Numbered from the stretch's first letter, positions 50,341 to 64,000 are shown. The stretch is 64,000 bases of DNA from Nageia nagi (GCA_050084985.1 JBITNC010000001.1:171492001-171556000), one strand, 5' to 3'. The notes: generated from the letters alone by a model not told the origin. A program made the numbers and translations.

Positions 50341-51947
50341 TCACACCTTTATCTTAGATTTTCATTCCAGCTTGTTTGGAAAAAATGCATTTTTCTATGT
50401 CTAAGCTCAACTCCACACTTCTTGGGAGCAAAAACTTCTATGTCTTCATCTCGTCCCTAGGGAGCTCCTTCAGCCAGAACTGAAAAGTTCAAAGCCCAAA
50501 TGTGTTTGGAACTGTATTCTTCATCACCCCATGTCATCAAACTCTCCATTATCAAGAATCTATACTGCCTATGCATCACTGGAAGCCTCTACTTGGTCAC
50601 TTGATCACTCTCGACAAGCCCTAGTTTGGTGCCTAGATGCCCAGAATCCTCTAGTGATTGCTTCATATTATCCATGGTAACATTCCTTGAGAATATCTTA
50701 GAACTATCTCTTAAGTCGTTTGAACTATCTCACTTGTGAGCCTTGTCCATCCTAGATGGCCAAATTTGGAAAAATTGGGTCCCCAAAATGCTGAATCTTG
50801 GGGTGTGTTGTGCGGGCACAATAGTTGGTTGGTTTAAATGAAACACTGTCCAACTTATTGTCTCGCCCCCTATTATCTATCTAAATACATTCCAATCTCA
50901 ACACTTGGCACACCTAAATTTGTTGTGGCTCTAACAATCTAACCATAGTTTCATTGAACAACACTTGATTGAGAGGGCAACATTTACTTAGGTGCTTTGT
51001 TGGAATATGATATTATCCAAAGGACCTAATGTAAGGTTGACATTGTGGATTGCAACTTATCTAAAGTATAATAGATTATTTTAACTTCTTGCAACATGTG
51101 TCACTTAGTGGATGACAACCAACCATTTACGTGGATGGTTGCCTTTTTAAACACAAAATAAATAAAAATGCATATTTATTATGTCTATGGAATGAAACTA
51201 GATTAATACCTAAATCCAGTATAGAGATCTAGCAATTAGGATTTTGCAAATTGATTGTTGAAAACCTAATCCTTAAGGTTTGTGGTTGTATGTAAATATT
51301 ATTAGATTTAGATGTTATAAGTGTGTAGGTGTGAGAAAGTATTTATATTTATGTATTTTTGGATTTGTAAGTGGGAAAGATTCAAAAAGTTATTAGAAAT
51401 TGTATTTGGAGAGTCTTTAAGGAGTTAGAGAGTCTCTTGAGAAGTTGAAGTGATGAGACACTTCTTCTATCAATGTATGTTATGTGAGATGTAATACTTT
51501 AATTTTGGGATTTAATCAAATTCAGGTTTGGGTCTTAGAGTGGTATCAGCGTTTGGTGCATCTTTCACCTTTCTTGGCTCTCCATGTGAGTTAGTTTTGC
51601 AAATCTGAGTAGACTCCATGAAGAGGATGACATCCATGAAGATCAGGATCAGTTTGTTGTTACAAATAATGAAGCTTCTATAATGGTTGAGCACATACGC
51701 CATGAGTTATGTAACGGGAAAAAATTTCCACCTACTCCGGAAATGATTCATCTCAATTCATGGAAGGGATGTCCATATGGATTAACCTCTCATTCCTGTT
51801 TCTTGTGACATTTCCAGGCTTCTTGCTATGTTCATTCAACTAGCACGAAGACATGTTGAGTGGAGGCACAAATACACTATTGCTCCACATAAGAATAAAT
51901 CACAACAAAGTCTTTGACCCTGGTATCAATAGCAAATTGTTATTCTA

Positions 51948-52095
51948 GTAGTTTAGTTTTGCTTTCAGTTTTCTGCATTAGTTTAGTATTGCTTTCAGCT
52001 TTCTGCTATAGTTTAGTTTTGCTTTTGGTTTCCTGCATTAGTTTAGTTTTGCTTTCAGTTTTTTGCAGTGTGATAGTTTTGTTTTCAGTTTTGCA
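51948..52095. repeat. 30-bp minisatellite (~5 units)
   Basis: agtttagttttgctttcagttttctgcatt repeated with 30-bp period inside an LTR-like AT-rich segment. Confidence 0.85.
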
Positions 52096-52800
52096 TTTTG
52101 TTTTGTTTGTTTTTCAATTTATGTTTTCCTTTGTTTTCTAAAGTTTTCAATAAAGTGTGATCATAGACCTCTAAGACTTAATTTGAATGTAACGATTGAA
52201 GTCTAAATTTTCTTAACACAATTCAAGTGTGAAAACTTAACAAATATTTCAGAAGAGCATACCGAGCTCATAAACATTTTATTTCGACCTAGAGATTACA
52301 ATTGGCACAGGCACTCTAGATGATACTAACGGATTATTTGATGAAACAGGAAGTTGACAATGGTTCCCTGCCAATCGGTGAAAATCCAAGAAAGAGAGAC
52401 CATCCCAAGTCAAGGATGACAAGCGACGGATGTAAAATGGGAGTGCAACCAACAAGCCTCTTGCTATTGGTGAAGCACAAACATGGGATGGCAAGCCTCA
52501 TGCTACTATCCTACTGTGGTGAGGGAAAAGTAAGACAAGGACATTTGAAATGATGCTATGGACCATTCAAATTCATCTAGTGAGCAGGAAACAAGGAAAT
52601 TGAGCCACAAACATGTCCCCAAAAGCTAGACTATAACATAGGTGTCTCATGGCTACTCAAATAGACAGCGAGAGTTCACTCACTATAAAGTAAACCGACG
52701 GTATACCCATGAGTAAAGATGTTGATGTCGGTTCATACCTAATGGACAATGCACTTTCCTATATACCCAATTTTGTTTGTTTTGTTTTTGTTTTAGCTAT

Positions 52801-53600
52801 TGTTGTGCCCGCACAACACACCCCAAATTTTCACAAATTTGAGGACCTTAAGCTATAGGAGCTACAGAAGAACTTACAAAAAGACCTATATTGCAAATTG
52901 GAAAAAGCATGCCCTCTAGTATCTCAAGGAAGTAGAGATCCAAAAAAATGGAAAGATGACAAATTTTCGGCCAAAATCCCACCAACAATTCAGAATTCTC
53001 GCATTTTTTCATGTCATATGAGGGTTTTAGGGGCCAAAAGGGCATTTCACACCATTCTTCTTTCTTGGTTGCAAGACGGATTTTATGTGCTACAAGGTAC
53101 CTAAGGGAGACTTAGGGAACTTCAAAAAAAATTTGTAGGATTTTCCTTAGTCGCACCATTTTTGCCTCTTGGTCTAGTCACACCATTTTCATGGTTTCAA
53201 AACACAAAATTGAATTTTGGTGCTACAAGGTGCATAGGAGAAAGAGTTAGAAAATCAAGTCAGGATGCTTTGTCATTACTCCAGAAAAACCAAGTTTCCT
53301 TTGGTTGCACCATTTTTGTGTCTTGCAGAAGGTCACACCATTTTATGTAGGGAGAAGAGGTGAGAAATAGTAGAACAAAGAAAACTTAGAAAAATTCGAA
53401 CGCATTCATCCTAGTCGCACCATTTTGAGTTCTTGCGGCCATTCACTTCATCTCAGAAAGTTGAAAAACCAACAATTGATTTTGGTGCTACATGATGCTA
53501 AGGGAGCCTTGGGACTTGAAAAAACACACTTTAGCCAAAATCACCAAATTCACACCACACACCACTCCACACCTATGTACAAGTAGCAATATCAAAATGG
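52801..53600 (+). mobile_element. 5' fragment of a giant LTR-like unit
   Basis: Starts TGTTGTGCCCGCACAACACACCCCAAATTTT and carries repeated GTCGCACCATTTT and GGTGCTACA motifs. 3' boundary approximate. Confidence 0.7.
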
Positions 53601-54645
53601 GGTCATTACGACAAATTGGATGCACCATTGAAAGACTCCCAACTGTTGGACCTACACCATCGAAACAATGACTTAAGGGTTTTCATCCTCCTAAACCACT
53701 CTCTTGCAAGCTTTCGTCCACAAGAGGTTAGAAACCGACTTTGCAGCCAAGTCTCAAAAGGTATAATGAATGATAGACAAAAGATAATCCTCAAAGTAGT
53801 GTGCTTCCCACCTTTATAGCTAGATATCCCATGTTGGGATCTAGATCTCACCTTGGAATCATGAAAAACTGGATGTCCCATATAAAGTCTTCTAATTGCT
53901 CATTGAGATCTTAGATTTAGTGTTGAAAGCGAGGCTCCTCAATATCATTTAATAAGAGCTATTAAAATAATAAAACACTCCTATAACTAGGCATCCCACT
54001 TTGGGGATCATAATTCGTTCTTGGACTATAATGTTCTTATTTTTATGGTGTTTTCCCCATTTCACCTTTGACAAATGGGAGCATTAACTTAGGTGTGATT
54101 TTGTCTATTTTAGTAGTTTTTGGCCAATTATTGTAAGTTCCACTTAGAGACTTAGGTAAATGCTCTAATAATGGAAAAATACCCTTTTTATTTAGTTATT
54201 ATGTATAGTTGAGTTCCTAAAATGCCAAATGATGTATTAACAATACCTGGGCAATTATATTTGTAAATGCAATATTAGTCTCCCTAAACGAGGTGTTGCA
54301 TATTTTTAGCCTCGACAGATTTAATATTGGCATATGATGAACCTCTAGCCGTTAATGCTCTTCTCTTCGAGGTAGAGTATCCCCCTAGGTGATTGCATCG
54401 ACTTTGAGGCATGTTAAAGACACCCAAGCTTGGATGTGGCACTTCTAGGAGTAATTTGGCATCCCAAGGCATTGAAAGGCTCCCATGCTTGGGCGTTGGG
54501 CATTTATGGCTTATTTCACCCCACATTCAAGGATTGGGCATTCCAAGGCCCTATGTCACCCCTCTTGGGCATTTGGACATATGGCATTGATCCCAAGGCA
54601 CACTGGCATCACCCCCACTTGGACGTTGCATTTATGGGCCCTTGG

Positions 54646-54812
54646 ATGTGATCTCACTTATACCAAGGCTCTCCACCTTGGACGTTGTCAACATGAGTAC
54701 ATGGATCACATCTCTCTTCGCCACTTGTACATGTGATCTCACTTATACCAAGGCTCTCCACCTTGGACATTGTCAACATGAGTACATGGATCACATTTAT
54801 CTTCCCCACTTG
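54646..54812. repeat. 85-bp tandem duplication within an LTR-like remnant
   Basis: atgtgatctcacttataccaaggctctccaccttggac...ccacttgta at 54646 and 54731. Confidence 0.9.
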
Positions 54813-55934
54813 TAGGGCAACCTGCATTTGAGGTCTTGAGGTGAGAGGAGGCTAACCTCAAGCTTTCTCTAGCCGTTCCTAAGAGGAACACTATCAGTTC
54901 CATCCAAAAGCTATAGGGAAGTCCTGGACTTGGCCTTGTCACTACTGTAATTGGTGAGGCCCTGGAGCCATCCAAAATAACCCTATTGGAGGTCGTCTTG
55001 GTGCAAGTTCCTTAGGTCAAAAATATATTTATGTAATTGCGCTTCTACATTTCTCATATCTCCTATATATATTTTCAAAATCTTGCTATATGTCTCCTTG
55101 TGCTTAGACGTTGGATTTGGAGTAATCATTGCATTGTTAAATTCCTATTATTGCTTCATTATTGCAACATTGGATTGCTAGAGGTATTTGCATGTTCAAT
55201 TTTGTATTTTGCTCAATTTAGCTAGATGTTGGGTATTTTATGCAATTTCAAGCTTGTCTAGACAAGTGTGGATCAATAAGGCAAATGTCCCTCTCCTAGG
55301 GCATGTTTAGGGATCATCACATGGAATCATAATTTCATGCCTTGATATCTCCAATTGCATTATTACACCCAGTAATGTCCTATTATTATTGTGAAATATC
55401 AAAAGTACTCCTAACTATCCTTAGAAGAAGGACGTCCCACTCCATGTGGAAGAATAAAATCATTACAATGCAAAGATGAGTGAGACTCTAAAATTAGGGA
55501 CATTACATCTCCAATCAGCAAACTCAATATAGATCTTCTCTATTTATCCTATTGTAAATTTGCATGATCGTAATTGTTAGAAATTCCAATTAATATATTT
55601 TCTTTCCATTTACATAAATAACTTGTAAATATTTTTATACATTGTTTTTTATATTGTTTACAATAGCCAAAATTGTACTAATAGGAATAAAGGCTATCAA
55701 TCTACATTTTCAAAAACTGGAAAAAGGAATTGTCAACCACAAAATTGATTTCCAAAAATTATCAATTATATTTTAATCATGTTACAAGGGACAGTAGTTG
55801 AAATCTAGTGCATTCTAGATGAAATTCAAATGAAACCTTTTATATGATATTAGTCTCAATCTAATAACAACATCCAACTTAATAATATGGAATGCTGAGT
55901 CTAGAAAACTTAAATGAGCATATTCAGAGCCAAC

Positions 55935-56087
55935 CTTGCAGAACCATCATTGACATTTGAGATTGAAGCTTTATCAATATCACTGAATCCTATGTCAGTC
56001 TTCAATGCTTCTGAAATTCCACTCGTGATATTTACTGGCACAAGAAGTGCAAAAGCAAGGATCATCAAAGGGACAAAAATTTTCAGG
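55935..56087 (-). CDS. OSCA1: OSCA1/CSC1-like calcium-permeable stress-gated channel, internal exon (first in window)
   Basis: Minus strand tttcag|C CTG AAA...TCT GCA AG|gttgg. Encodes LKIFVPLMILAFALLVPVNITSGISEALKTDIGFSDIDKASISNVNDGSAR, the OSCA N-terminal TM region (LVPVN, IDKxSISNV). Phase matches the next exon. Confidence 0.95.
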
Positions 56088-58562
56088 CTGAAATACACAG
56101 AAATTAGAGTATCAGGTTCTGTTCTCCCACTTGACAATGTAAAGGAAAATGCATCAAATATGTGTGAATGTATATATGATATCCAGAAATGTAGGAAATG
56201 AATATGAATACTGGCTAGAACCTTAACACTTACTAAGGAATAGATACAACTCTTTAAGATCTAAAATCCCAGTACAACCTCTGAAATCTTTTGGACTTTA
56301 GAAAAATGGAATTTATTCATCAGATGCATAAAGTCACACATTACTAGCTTCTACATATAAACCAATTAAAATCGAGTATTACATGTTGATGCAATTAATT
56401 TTCCACATCTTATAAGTCACAAGAATTGAATCAGCTATGGTGCAGTATATAGGTACTATCAGACATTTGCTTCTATGTTTGCCTCACATGTGATGTTTTC
56501 ATTTACCCTCTGAGTCAGGTACCATTATTGTGATCTCTGCTCATGCATCTATTCAACATCCCCTCCAACATTTATACCCTGTAATCTCCTAAAGCTAGTT
56601 GACTTACTTTGTAAGTTTACTGGCCAAACTCATTGGAAAATTTTGTAATCCGCCTGTCTATCTTCCTAATAAGGTCTTTGATATGTTGGCATTCACTGTG
56701 TGATTCAAAATGAAGATATTTGAATTGAAAGAATATGCTATGCACACTGGATCTTGGAAAGAAGTCCCAAAATTACTAGTAGTAGGAACGGAATGGAAAA
56801 GTTGTAAACCATCATCACATTGTTGCCTCATATCAGCACACTCTTCACTTTCATGGTGATGGCATCACGTTGTTCGTCAAGCACCACTATTTATTTATGA
56901 ATGCCCCTTAATTCTTACACAAGAGGCTTTATTCTATTTTATATGATCTGATGCATATCTTCATTGCATCCTAGTCCATAATTGAATCTGAGATTTCCTT
57001 ATTGAATTAATTACCCCAAATGAGAATACCTGAACCAGTATTGTGCCAAGAAGAAAGTAGAGTGATTATCAGAGGCTGATGGTTCTCATAAATGCATGAG
57101 AGGCACCAGGAAGAGAGAATTGGATACATCAAGAGGAAATTTATAAGGATGTTGTGGACAATTAAATTGCATTTTAATTATCTAAAAATGATTTTATTAA
57201 CGAGATTTACTTTATTTGAGCAAAATGTCATTTTGGACCCACCTTGGGTAAATCAAGGTTAATTTAAGTAAATTTCCCCAAATTAGCATTATCTTCTATA
57301 CACATTGTTCTAAGAGGATACACCTAGTGGAACTCAAAATCCAATTTGTGAATGTTTCATAAAGCGCTCCCAATTGCCCATTTCAAAGAGTGGTGCAAAC
57401 TTACAAATTATCATTAACAAAGATCAAGCAAGAAAACACAGTATCATCTTCTATCATCGCAATTGAATCACAAAAATATCCCAAGAAGCTGAAGCATGCC
57501 TGCTGAAAGAAATGTACCCTGAAATGGGCATCCAATGCAAAATGCCCAATGTTTCAACACCCAAGCCTAGGCTGCCCAACTTTCTAGTACCTTACAATGG
57601 GAACACTCTAGCCCAAATCCCTCATGCTTGAACAAGGTTGTTTCATAATGTCCATGCATATGTTCTATCATCATGTTGTCAGAATCATCATTTTCAATAT
57701 GATTGCTTAAAAATTATATTCAAGTTTATCATCTTCAGAATTATCTAGATCTATCATTTGGCAACTAGATTTCATCCTCTAAAGACCACAAGTTGTTTGC
57801 CACCTAACCTCCAATCCTCCACCTTTTAAATGAGTTTTATGATTCTCCAAAACAAATCATTTTTAACTATTTCTCAATATTGCATATCAAATAAGACAAC
57901 ATTCTATATCAATTGAATCACAACAATATAAGAAAATACAATATCATCTTCTATTGCTATCAAGCAACATAGAATCCTTGCAAGGGTATATATTTTGAAT
58001 CTGCTTCACCACCACCTCTGAATATTCGATCACTTGCAGGTGCTTGACGCCTTTTTTGAGAGCCATATTTAGTCCGAGGACCAAAGCTTCGTATTCAGCT
58101 GAATTGCATGTGCATGGAAATTGAAGCCAACATGAGGCCTCATACCTCTTTCCTTTTGGATTATGAAGCTTGACACTAGCTCCGCGTCCAAACTTGGACT
58201 TAGAGCCATCGAACTTAAGGACCTAGAATTGGTCTTCTTCAACAGGGTCAAATCCTTCAACAAGTGGAATATCCTTCATTAATCGAGATAGGGGAAGGAA
58301 TTGAATCACTTTAATTACCCAGGCCTCCTCTCAGCAACTGATGACATCTCTTCATGTTCTCTGAAATATCAATGACTTGTCTTATTCTCAGGTTCTTGGT
58401 TTTTGGGTAGCAAGTACCCAACTCTCTCAAGCTTGGCCAACTGGTCTTCAGCTTCTTTCTTCATCCAGTCAAACATTTCATCTTGAGGCCCTTGACTTAG
58501 AGCTTCTTGCTTAGTGACTTTTCTCAAACTGTCTGAGCTTCGATTTTTGCTCAAATGATTAA

Positions 58563-58910
58563 TTACAAAGAAGGCTTCTGATATTCATCAATCCTTTTTT
58601 CAATGCCACCTTTGTCTTCAATATTGATGTCCGTGTATACACCCAACTCTTGTGCAAAATGAACCTCGTTTGCATTATTGTACTCCATGATCATTTCTTT
58701 GAGGCAGGGCTCATTGTATACTCTAATTTGATTTGGTTGCCCTTTCCAAGGAAGCCACATATGGGAGAAATCAATAGAGATGTAACCATTCAAGTCCTTG
58801 GACCAATCTTTGCTCAACAAAATCCCATATGAGTCTAGAATATCCACCACTTGAATGTTGGTGTATTGTTGAATCTAGAGCTTAGAAGCTATCTAAATAT
58901 GCATGTTGGG
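58563..58910 (-). pseudogene. Ty3/gypsy gag-pol remnant (protease C-terminal region), interrupted by unit 4
   Basis: IQVVDILDSYGILLSKDWSKDLNGYISIDFSHMWLPWKG fits the V.DI..SY..LL.R.W protease tail of Tat/Ogre-type elements. Confidence 0.65.
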
Positions 58911-58913
58911 TAG

Positions 58914-61900
58914 TGTTGGGATGCTTTTCTTTCCCATGCGGGACACTGAATATCGCGGGCAGAACTTAGAAGATCCCAAGCAACATAGTTGGGAATGCGT
59001 TACCAATTCCCACGGTTGAAAAAGATCGTCTACCTCCAAGGCTCTTGTTGAAACATCCTGCCCAACGACCCCAACTTCGTGACGTTGTAAGGTTTGTTCG
59101 CCAGGTATGTTTTTTGAATAGGGATAGATATAGAAAGAAAGTGCAGTATCCCTCTTTGGAATTAGCTTCAATGGAATGGAATGGGAGGTATGTAGTTTGT
59201 TAACTAAGGATGTTTTATTCTTTGATGTATAGAGTGTGTTCGAAGCTTTAGTGTGTGTACGTAATGATCATATTTGGTATTTGAAAGCATAAAAAAAGAA
59301 TAAAGGCAATACTGTAAAAGGTGAAGGACAACACCTTGGAGAAAGAAATGGATACTTGGTCGGATTATGAGTTCGAGGTTCACTGATGGAAAGTGTCTAT
59401 GAGTTGATCTCTTCCGAAATGATTAAGGACTCTTCATCCAATTCATCCAACCTTGCAAGCAAACAACTTAACATTTGAATTGCTTCAAAGAGGAGCAAGG
59501 AGGAACGTCAAATGGATGGTGATGGAAAATCTTAAAATGAAAGGATCATGGTTTTGGATGAAGGACCCAACAAGATGTCATGAAAGTAGAAATCTGACAT
59601 AGAATACCCAATCAAATTGCATGTTAAGGATCAAGCAACAAGCATAGGTAGACTTCAAGTGCTTTTTAAAGTTTTTTAGAGATAACTTCCCTAAAGCTCA
59701 TGAGCTTTCAAAGGAATAAAATGAAAGTACACAAATCCACTATGAGTGCCCTTAAAGAATCAATCAATAACACCAATATGAAAAGTTTCAAACTCAAGTC
59801 TTTGCTTTAACCACTTTGTATTAATTTGAAAAAAAGTTATGCAAGGATACATCAATTTGGTACTCTCTTACAAAAGTTCTCTCTTCAAGCTTGAAGTGTT
59901 TTGCTTCAGAATGAAGTCCTTACAAAAATGAGACCCTTGGTCTATTATTTATAGAGTTTGGAAACCCTAAAAGTGACTTTTGAAACCTTAGAAATGAGTT
60001 TCAAAACCCTAACCCTAATTATGAAATTAAAAGCTAATTACAAGCTAAATAAAAATGCTAAATAGAGATTACAATTGAACTTAGTGGAAATCCACTAAGT
60101 TGACCAAATATTTGGTTTACATATCAAAAACATGTCGAAATAGACCCCTTTCTATTCTGGCGATTGTGGGAAGATGACTTGCACATTTGTAGCGAATTTG
60201 GCTTGAAAATCATCTCCCATGAACACTTCTACGTTCCTGATGGCACCGTGGATTGTCTGAAGGGCTCCTTCATTTGATAGCAAGTGCTCCGGGATGGCCT
60301 TATTGGTTTTGACCATTTCCTTAAACCAATCAGCCAATCTCATTCCGCTTGTCATTTGTTTTCCTGTTTTCAGGCTATGTGGATCCTCAGAACATATCTG
60401 TTCTATGATAGTGGCATCAATCATTGTCATCACTATCATATACTCAATGTTGTCATTCTCCTCAAACAAGGGTACCTGGAATTCGTATTTCCTTGTCTGT
60501 TCATTAATGATGGCTTTGAGTTGAGTTTTGAACGACTAACGCCACTGTGCCCCCATCTAAGAGAACAATAAGAGTTAGAAGAGTCCTGGAAAGCTTATGG
60601 CACTTTCTAAGCAAGAAAAGAGGGAGTTTTGAAAAATTTGGATTTTTTGGGCGTTTGTCACTCTAAGTGTGCCATCATCAAAAAGTGTCCTAATTTGCAA
60701 TTTTCATGGCCTTCTAAGCAAGTTTGAGATGACACAAAGGTAACTAGCTCAAAGGGGAATGCCTTGGCAAAAAATTGGGATGTTTGGAGAAATTTCAATT
60801 TTTTCATTAAAAAGTTGACTTTTTCAACAGGAAAAAGTGGTGAAATTTGGCAAAATTGGCAAATGGTGTCGGAATCAAATTCTGACACCTTAGATGGATG
60901 GGGAATGAATGGGGAAGGTGTTTCAGACTTTGAAACGGCCAAAATGGACTTCAGAAACAATTTTTGGAATTTTATGAAAAATTATGGATTTTTTTGAATT
61001 TTTTTCAAGAAATGAGGATTTTGAGCACTTAGATCTTGGATCTTAAGAATTTTGTGTTTTTTAGCTGAAAATAAAAGTTGATCACATGGATAAAGGGTAT
61101 CCAAAAAGGTGATCAAACTTGAAATCTGAAAAAAGAAATTTTCAAGTGTTTGAGGGTTTGAAAAATGGGTTTTTGTGACAAAATCCTCAAAACTTGGAAA
61201 AAATGGAGTTCAAGTGGATGGAGGATGATTGGATTTCGAATTTTAATGGAGTTTGGGTGAATGCCAAGATGCTAAGTATTTGAAAAATCCTCCATGGCTG
61301 GAAAAATGGCTTCTTTTCTCACTTGGCTCTCAAATTCTCAAAAATTTGGGAAGCATAAGGGTGCAAAAATGAGAGGTGAGCAAAATGGAGGGGGTATGGT
61401 CATATTTATAGACTCAAGGGGGTCAAAAGTGCCACTTGTCACTTCCATATCAACCCTAAGTGAAAAAATTGCAATTTAGACCATTCCCTCTCATGCCCAA
61501 TGTTGAAAAAGGGAGGAAAAAGGGGAAATAACCCAAAATCTGCGCCTAAGTGTGGAAGGGGCAGTTTTGGAGCAACATGGGGGGGTCTTGGAAGCAAAGA
61601 TGATGGCCTTGGAATGCACTACAACCTCCATGCTTCAGATTTGGATTTCAAATTTTGAGATTTTTGAAGAGAAATCCAAATTTTTTGAGTTTTCTCAGCC
61701 CTTAGATCCTTTTTGAATGCAAAAAGGTGGTTTTTAGGAGTTTGTGTGAGCCAAATTGCACAAATGATACATCAAAATGGTGTAGAATCACACCATCTAC
61801 ATCATAGAAGTGAAAAATTGCAATTTTGGGCACTTTTAGGGACCAAGGAGGCTAGGCACAGGTTTTAGGATGTTTAGGCAAGTTTTGAAAATTTTGAAAA

Positions 61901-64000
61901 TGGGGGATAACTTACAAAACCAACGACTACCATTTAGGGGGGCAAAAATTAGTTTTTGAGCAAATTTGCAAGAGGCAAAGATGCTTGCATTTGGATTTTG
62001 AACCCTACCTTTCTTTCCAATTTTGTTTTTGGGATTTTTTAAATTTTTGAAAAATTTTGGAGCTCTCTCATTGGCTGATCCAAATTTTGGGATTTTGATG
62101 GAGTAGATCAACTTTTTTTCAAAAACTTGAAACATGAAAGAGATGCAAAATTGGATTTCCCATACTCCTAGAATCAAAAATTTTGATTTTTGAGCAAAAA
62201 TGAGGGCTTGCAAGCTAGGTGCAGGTTTTAGGGGCTTTGGCATGTTTTTTGGAAATTTAGAAAATGGGGGAAACAAGCCAAAACCGCCTCCTAGCTTTTT
62301 GAGGTGGTAAACTTGATTTTTTTGCAACATTGCAAGAGGCAATTTTGATCTCCTTTGAATTTTGCACCCTACCTCACTTTCCTTTTTTGATTTGACAAAT
62401 TTTGGAAAATTTTGAGAAAATTTGGAGCCCTCTCATTGGTCAATCGAAATTTGATCATTTGAGGAGGTAGATTTCATTTTTTTAGGAAAGTCAAATCATC
62501 AAACTTGTGTGGAATCCCATCCTACACCCCATCAAGGTCAAAATTTAAAAAAAATTTCAAATTTGGGGCTCAAGAAGGGTAGGCGCAGGTTTTGAGGCAT
62601 TTAGGCCATTTTCCAAATTTTGGAATTTGAGGGAAACAAGGCAAAACCAGCGCCTAGCTTTTGAAGGGTCAAAATTTGCCCAATTTCGAAAATTCCAAGA
62701 GGAAAGGTGCCTAATTTTTTATTTGCCACCCTACCTCACTCTCAAATTTTCATTTTGACACTTTTGGAATTTTGGAAGACTTGGAGCATTCTCATTGGCT
62801 GTCCTTTTGCTCATTTCCCTGTTTTTCTCACTTTTGGTGTAGCAAAACTCGTCGAAATTGCGAACTTGAAAGACCAATTTGATGTAGAATCGCAATCCCC
62901 ATGCTCCTGAGCTCAAAAATTGCCATTTCGGATCAACCTAGGCCTCTCAAAAGGTAGGCATAGGTTTTGAGGAGAATGAGCTATTTTTTGAAATTTGACG
63001 AAGAGAAAACTTGGAAAACTCCCCCCTAACTTTTTGGGGGTCAAAAGTTGAGTTTTTTCGAAATTTCCAAGAGTAGAGTGGCCTTAATTTGTCATTTCAC
63101 ACCACACCTCTCTCTCGGATTTTTATTTCAAGCACTTTGGAACAAACTCATTTTTCGGGCTCAAACCGAAGGTTTTTCGAAGGCCGAAATGCTCATTTCT
63201 TGATCCTGGCCCACAAGGATGCTCAAACTTGTTTCCCTCATTCATCTCGGGCTATACTGTACATTCCCGACCTTCTCCGTCTTTTACAGGCCCAAATTGT
63301 GCATTTCCAGCCATTTTCGGCAATTCTGAGCTCTAAGTATGAATTTCGACCATTTTTGGTTTTTTCGGACATTTCTAAGCTTGAACGGTGAAAAAACGAT
63401 CATTTCTGGCATTTCCAGTATTTCGAGCTCAAATTCTAAATTTCCAACCTTTTTGAACTCAAGATATGCAAAAATGCTCATTTCTGGCCTTTCTGAGCAT
63501 TTTCGAGCACTTTGAGCTCAAACTTGCATTTTTGGTCATGTTTGAGCTTTCTGAGTTCAAATCGTGCAAAAACGCACATTTTCAACATAATGACCACTTT
63601 CGGGCTCAAAATTGACCAAAACACGATTTTCCATGCTATTGACCATTTTCTGGCTCTCCAAGCTCAAAATTGACAAAAACACACTTATTGGTTGTAGATG
63701 CCCTTTCTGGGCTCAATTTGTGCAAAAACACGCATTTTCGTCATCTTAACTGTATTTATTGCTTTCGGGCTCAAACTCGATGAAAAACGCACCTTTTGTC
63801 GTCTTGGCACCTTTGTTGCTCAAACTTGCCAACATGACACCTTTTCCGCCTTGGAGGTCATTCACTCAAAACTCCACTGTCTGGTTGTTGTTGCAATCCA
63901 CAACTCCATCCTCTGAGACACTGCTCGAGACCGAGCCCTAACTTGGCCACTGGCTGAGTTGAACTGTTTCCATGACTATGGGGCATGCTTATCTGCTACT
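58914..64000 (-). mobile_element. Giant LTR-like unit 4 (runs off window; most of the ORF deleted)
   Basis: Starts TGTTGGGATGCTTTTCTTTC, the exact reverse complement of the unit 2 3' end. 58914-59960 aligns to 16510-17590. Only the ORF C-terminus remains (60152-60530: LKTGKQMTSGMRLADWFKEMVKTNKAI, cf. unit 2 LKSGKQLKYGSNMAIWCSEMKKTSKTI). Confidence 0.85.
61850..63110. repeat. ~363-375-bp tandem repeat with TAGGCGCAGGTTTT...AAACCAGCGCCTAG inverted motif pairs
   Basis: Motif near 61853, 62215, 62580 and 62955. Homologous to the 49090-50340 array. Confidence 0.85.

Larger units (their letters stand above)
42545..50823 (-). mobile_element. Giant LTR-like unit 3 (8,279 bp including a nested fragment)
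   Basis: Plus strand TGTTGGGAGGTATTTCTTTCCC...GGGGTGTGTTGTGCGGGCACAATA. TSD is GCTGG (42540-42544) / GTTGG (50824-50828), 4/5 match. Collinear with unit 2 in reverse. Confidence 0.82.

Noticed and set aside
55910-56137. ORF-track protein as a stand-alone gene
   Set aside because: Only 55935-56087 is exon. The flanking residues are intron read-through beyond canonical splice sites. The same applies to ORF 1313-1672.
61836-63941. Several F/K/L-rich ORFs of 60-168 aa
   Set aside because: Translation of A/T-tract-rich tandem repeats. Not conserved as protein between units 2, 3 and 4.

Overview
Eukaryotic plant DNA, most consistent with a very large-genome gymnosperm (inferred from the huge retroelement-filled introns). 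The only host gene visible is the middle of an OSCA1/CSC1 (ERD4/TMEM63-family) osmosensitive Ca2+-permeable channel on the minus strand. Six GT-AG exons (933 nt) join in frame across about 55 kb, with introns of 13,961, 5,318, 31,525, 232 and 2,802 bp. The first and last exons lie outside the window. The introns hold nested retroelement debris: Ty3/gypsy LTR elements, one two-LTR non-autonomous Tat/Ogre-like element (tRNA-Trp PBS, gag, no pol, antisense Plant Mobile Domain ORF), and at least seven pieces of an unusual family of about 6.6-8 kb units. These units run TGTTG...CAACA, have 5-bp target-site duplications and no internal LTR pair. They are built as: terminal palindrome, lineage-specific array of regularly spaced inverted DNA motifs, TATA, a decayed ~1,050-1,170-codon ORF with no gag/pol motifs, a second TATA, and the 3' end. 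They look like giant solo LTRs carrying their own gene and binding-site array. Each lineage has a different motif array next to a diverged version of the ORF, which suggests (inference) a VANC-like sequence-specific protein/target system carried inside an LTR. No tRNA, rRNA or true CRISPR locus was found.
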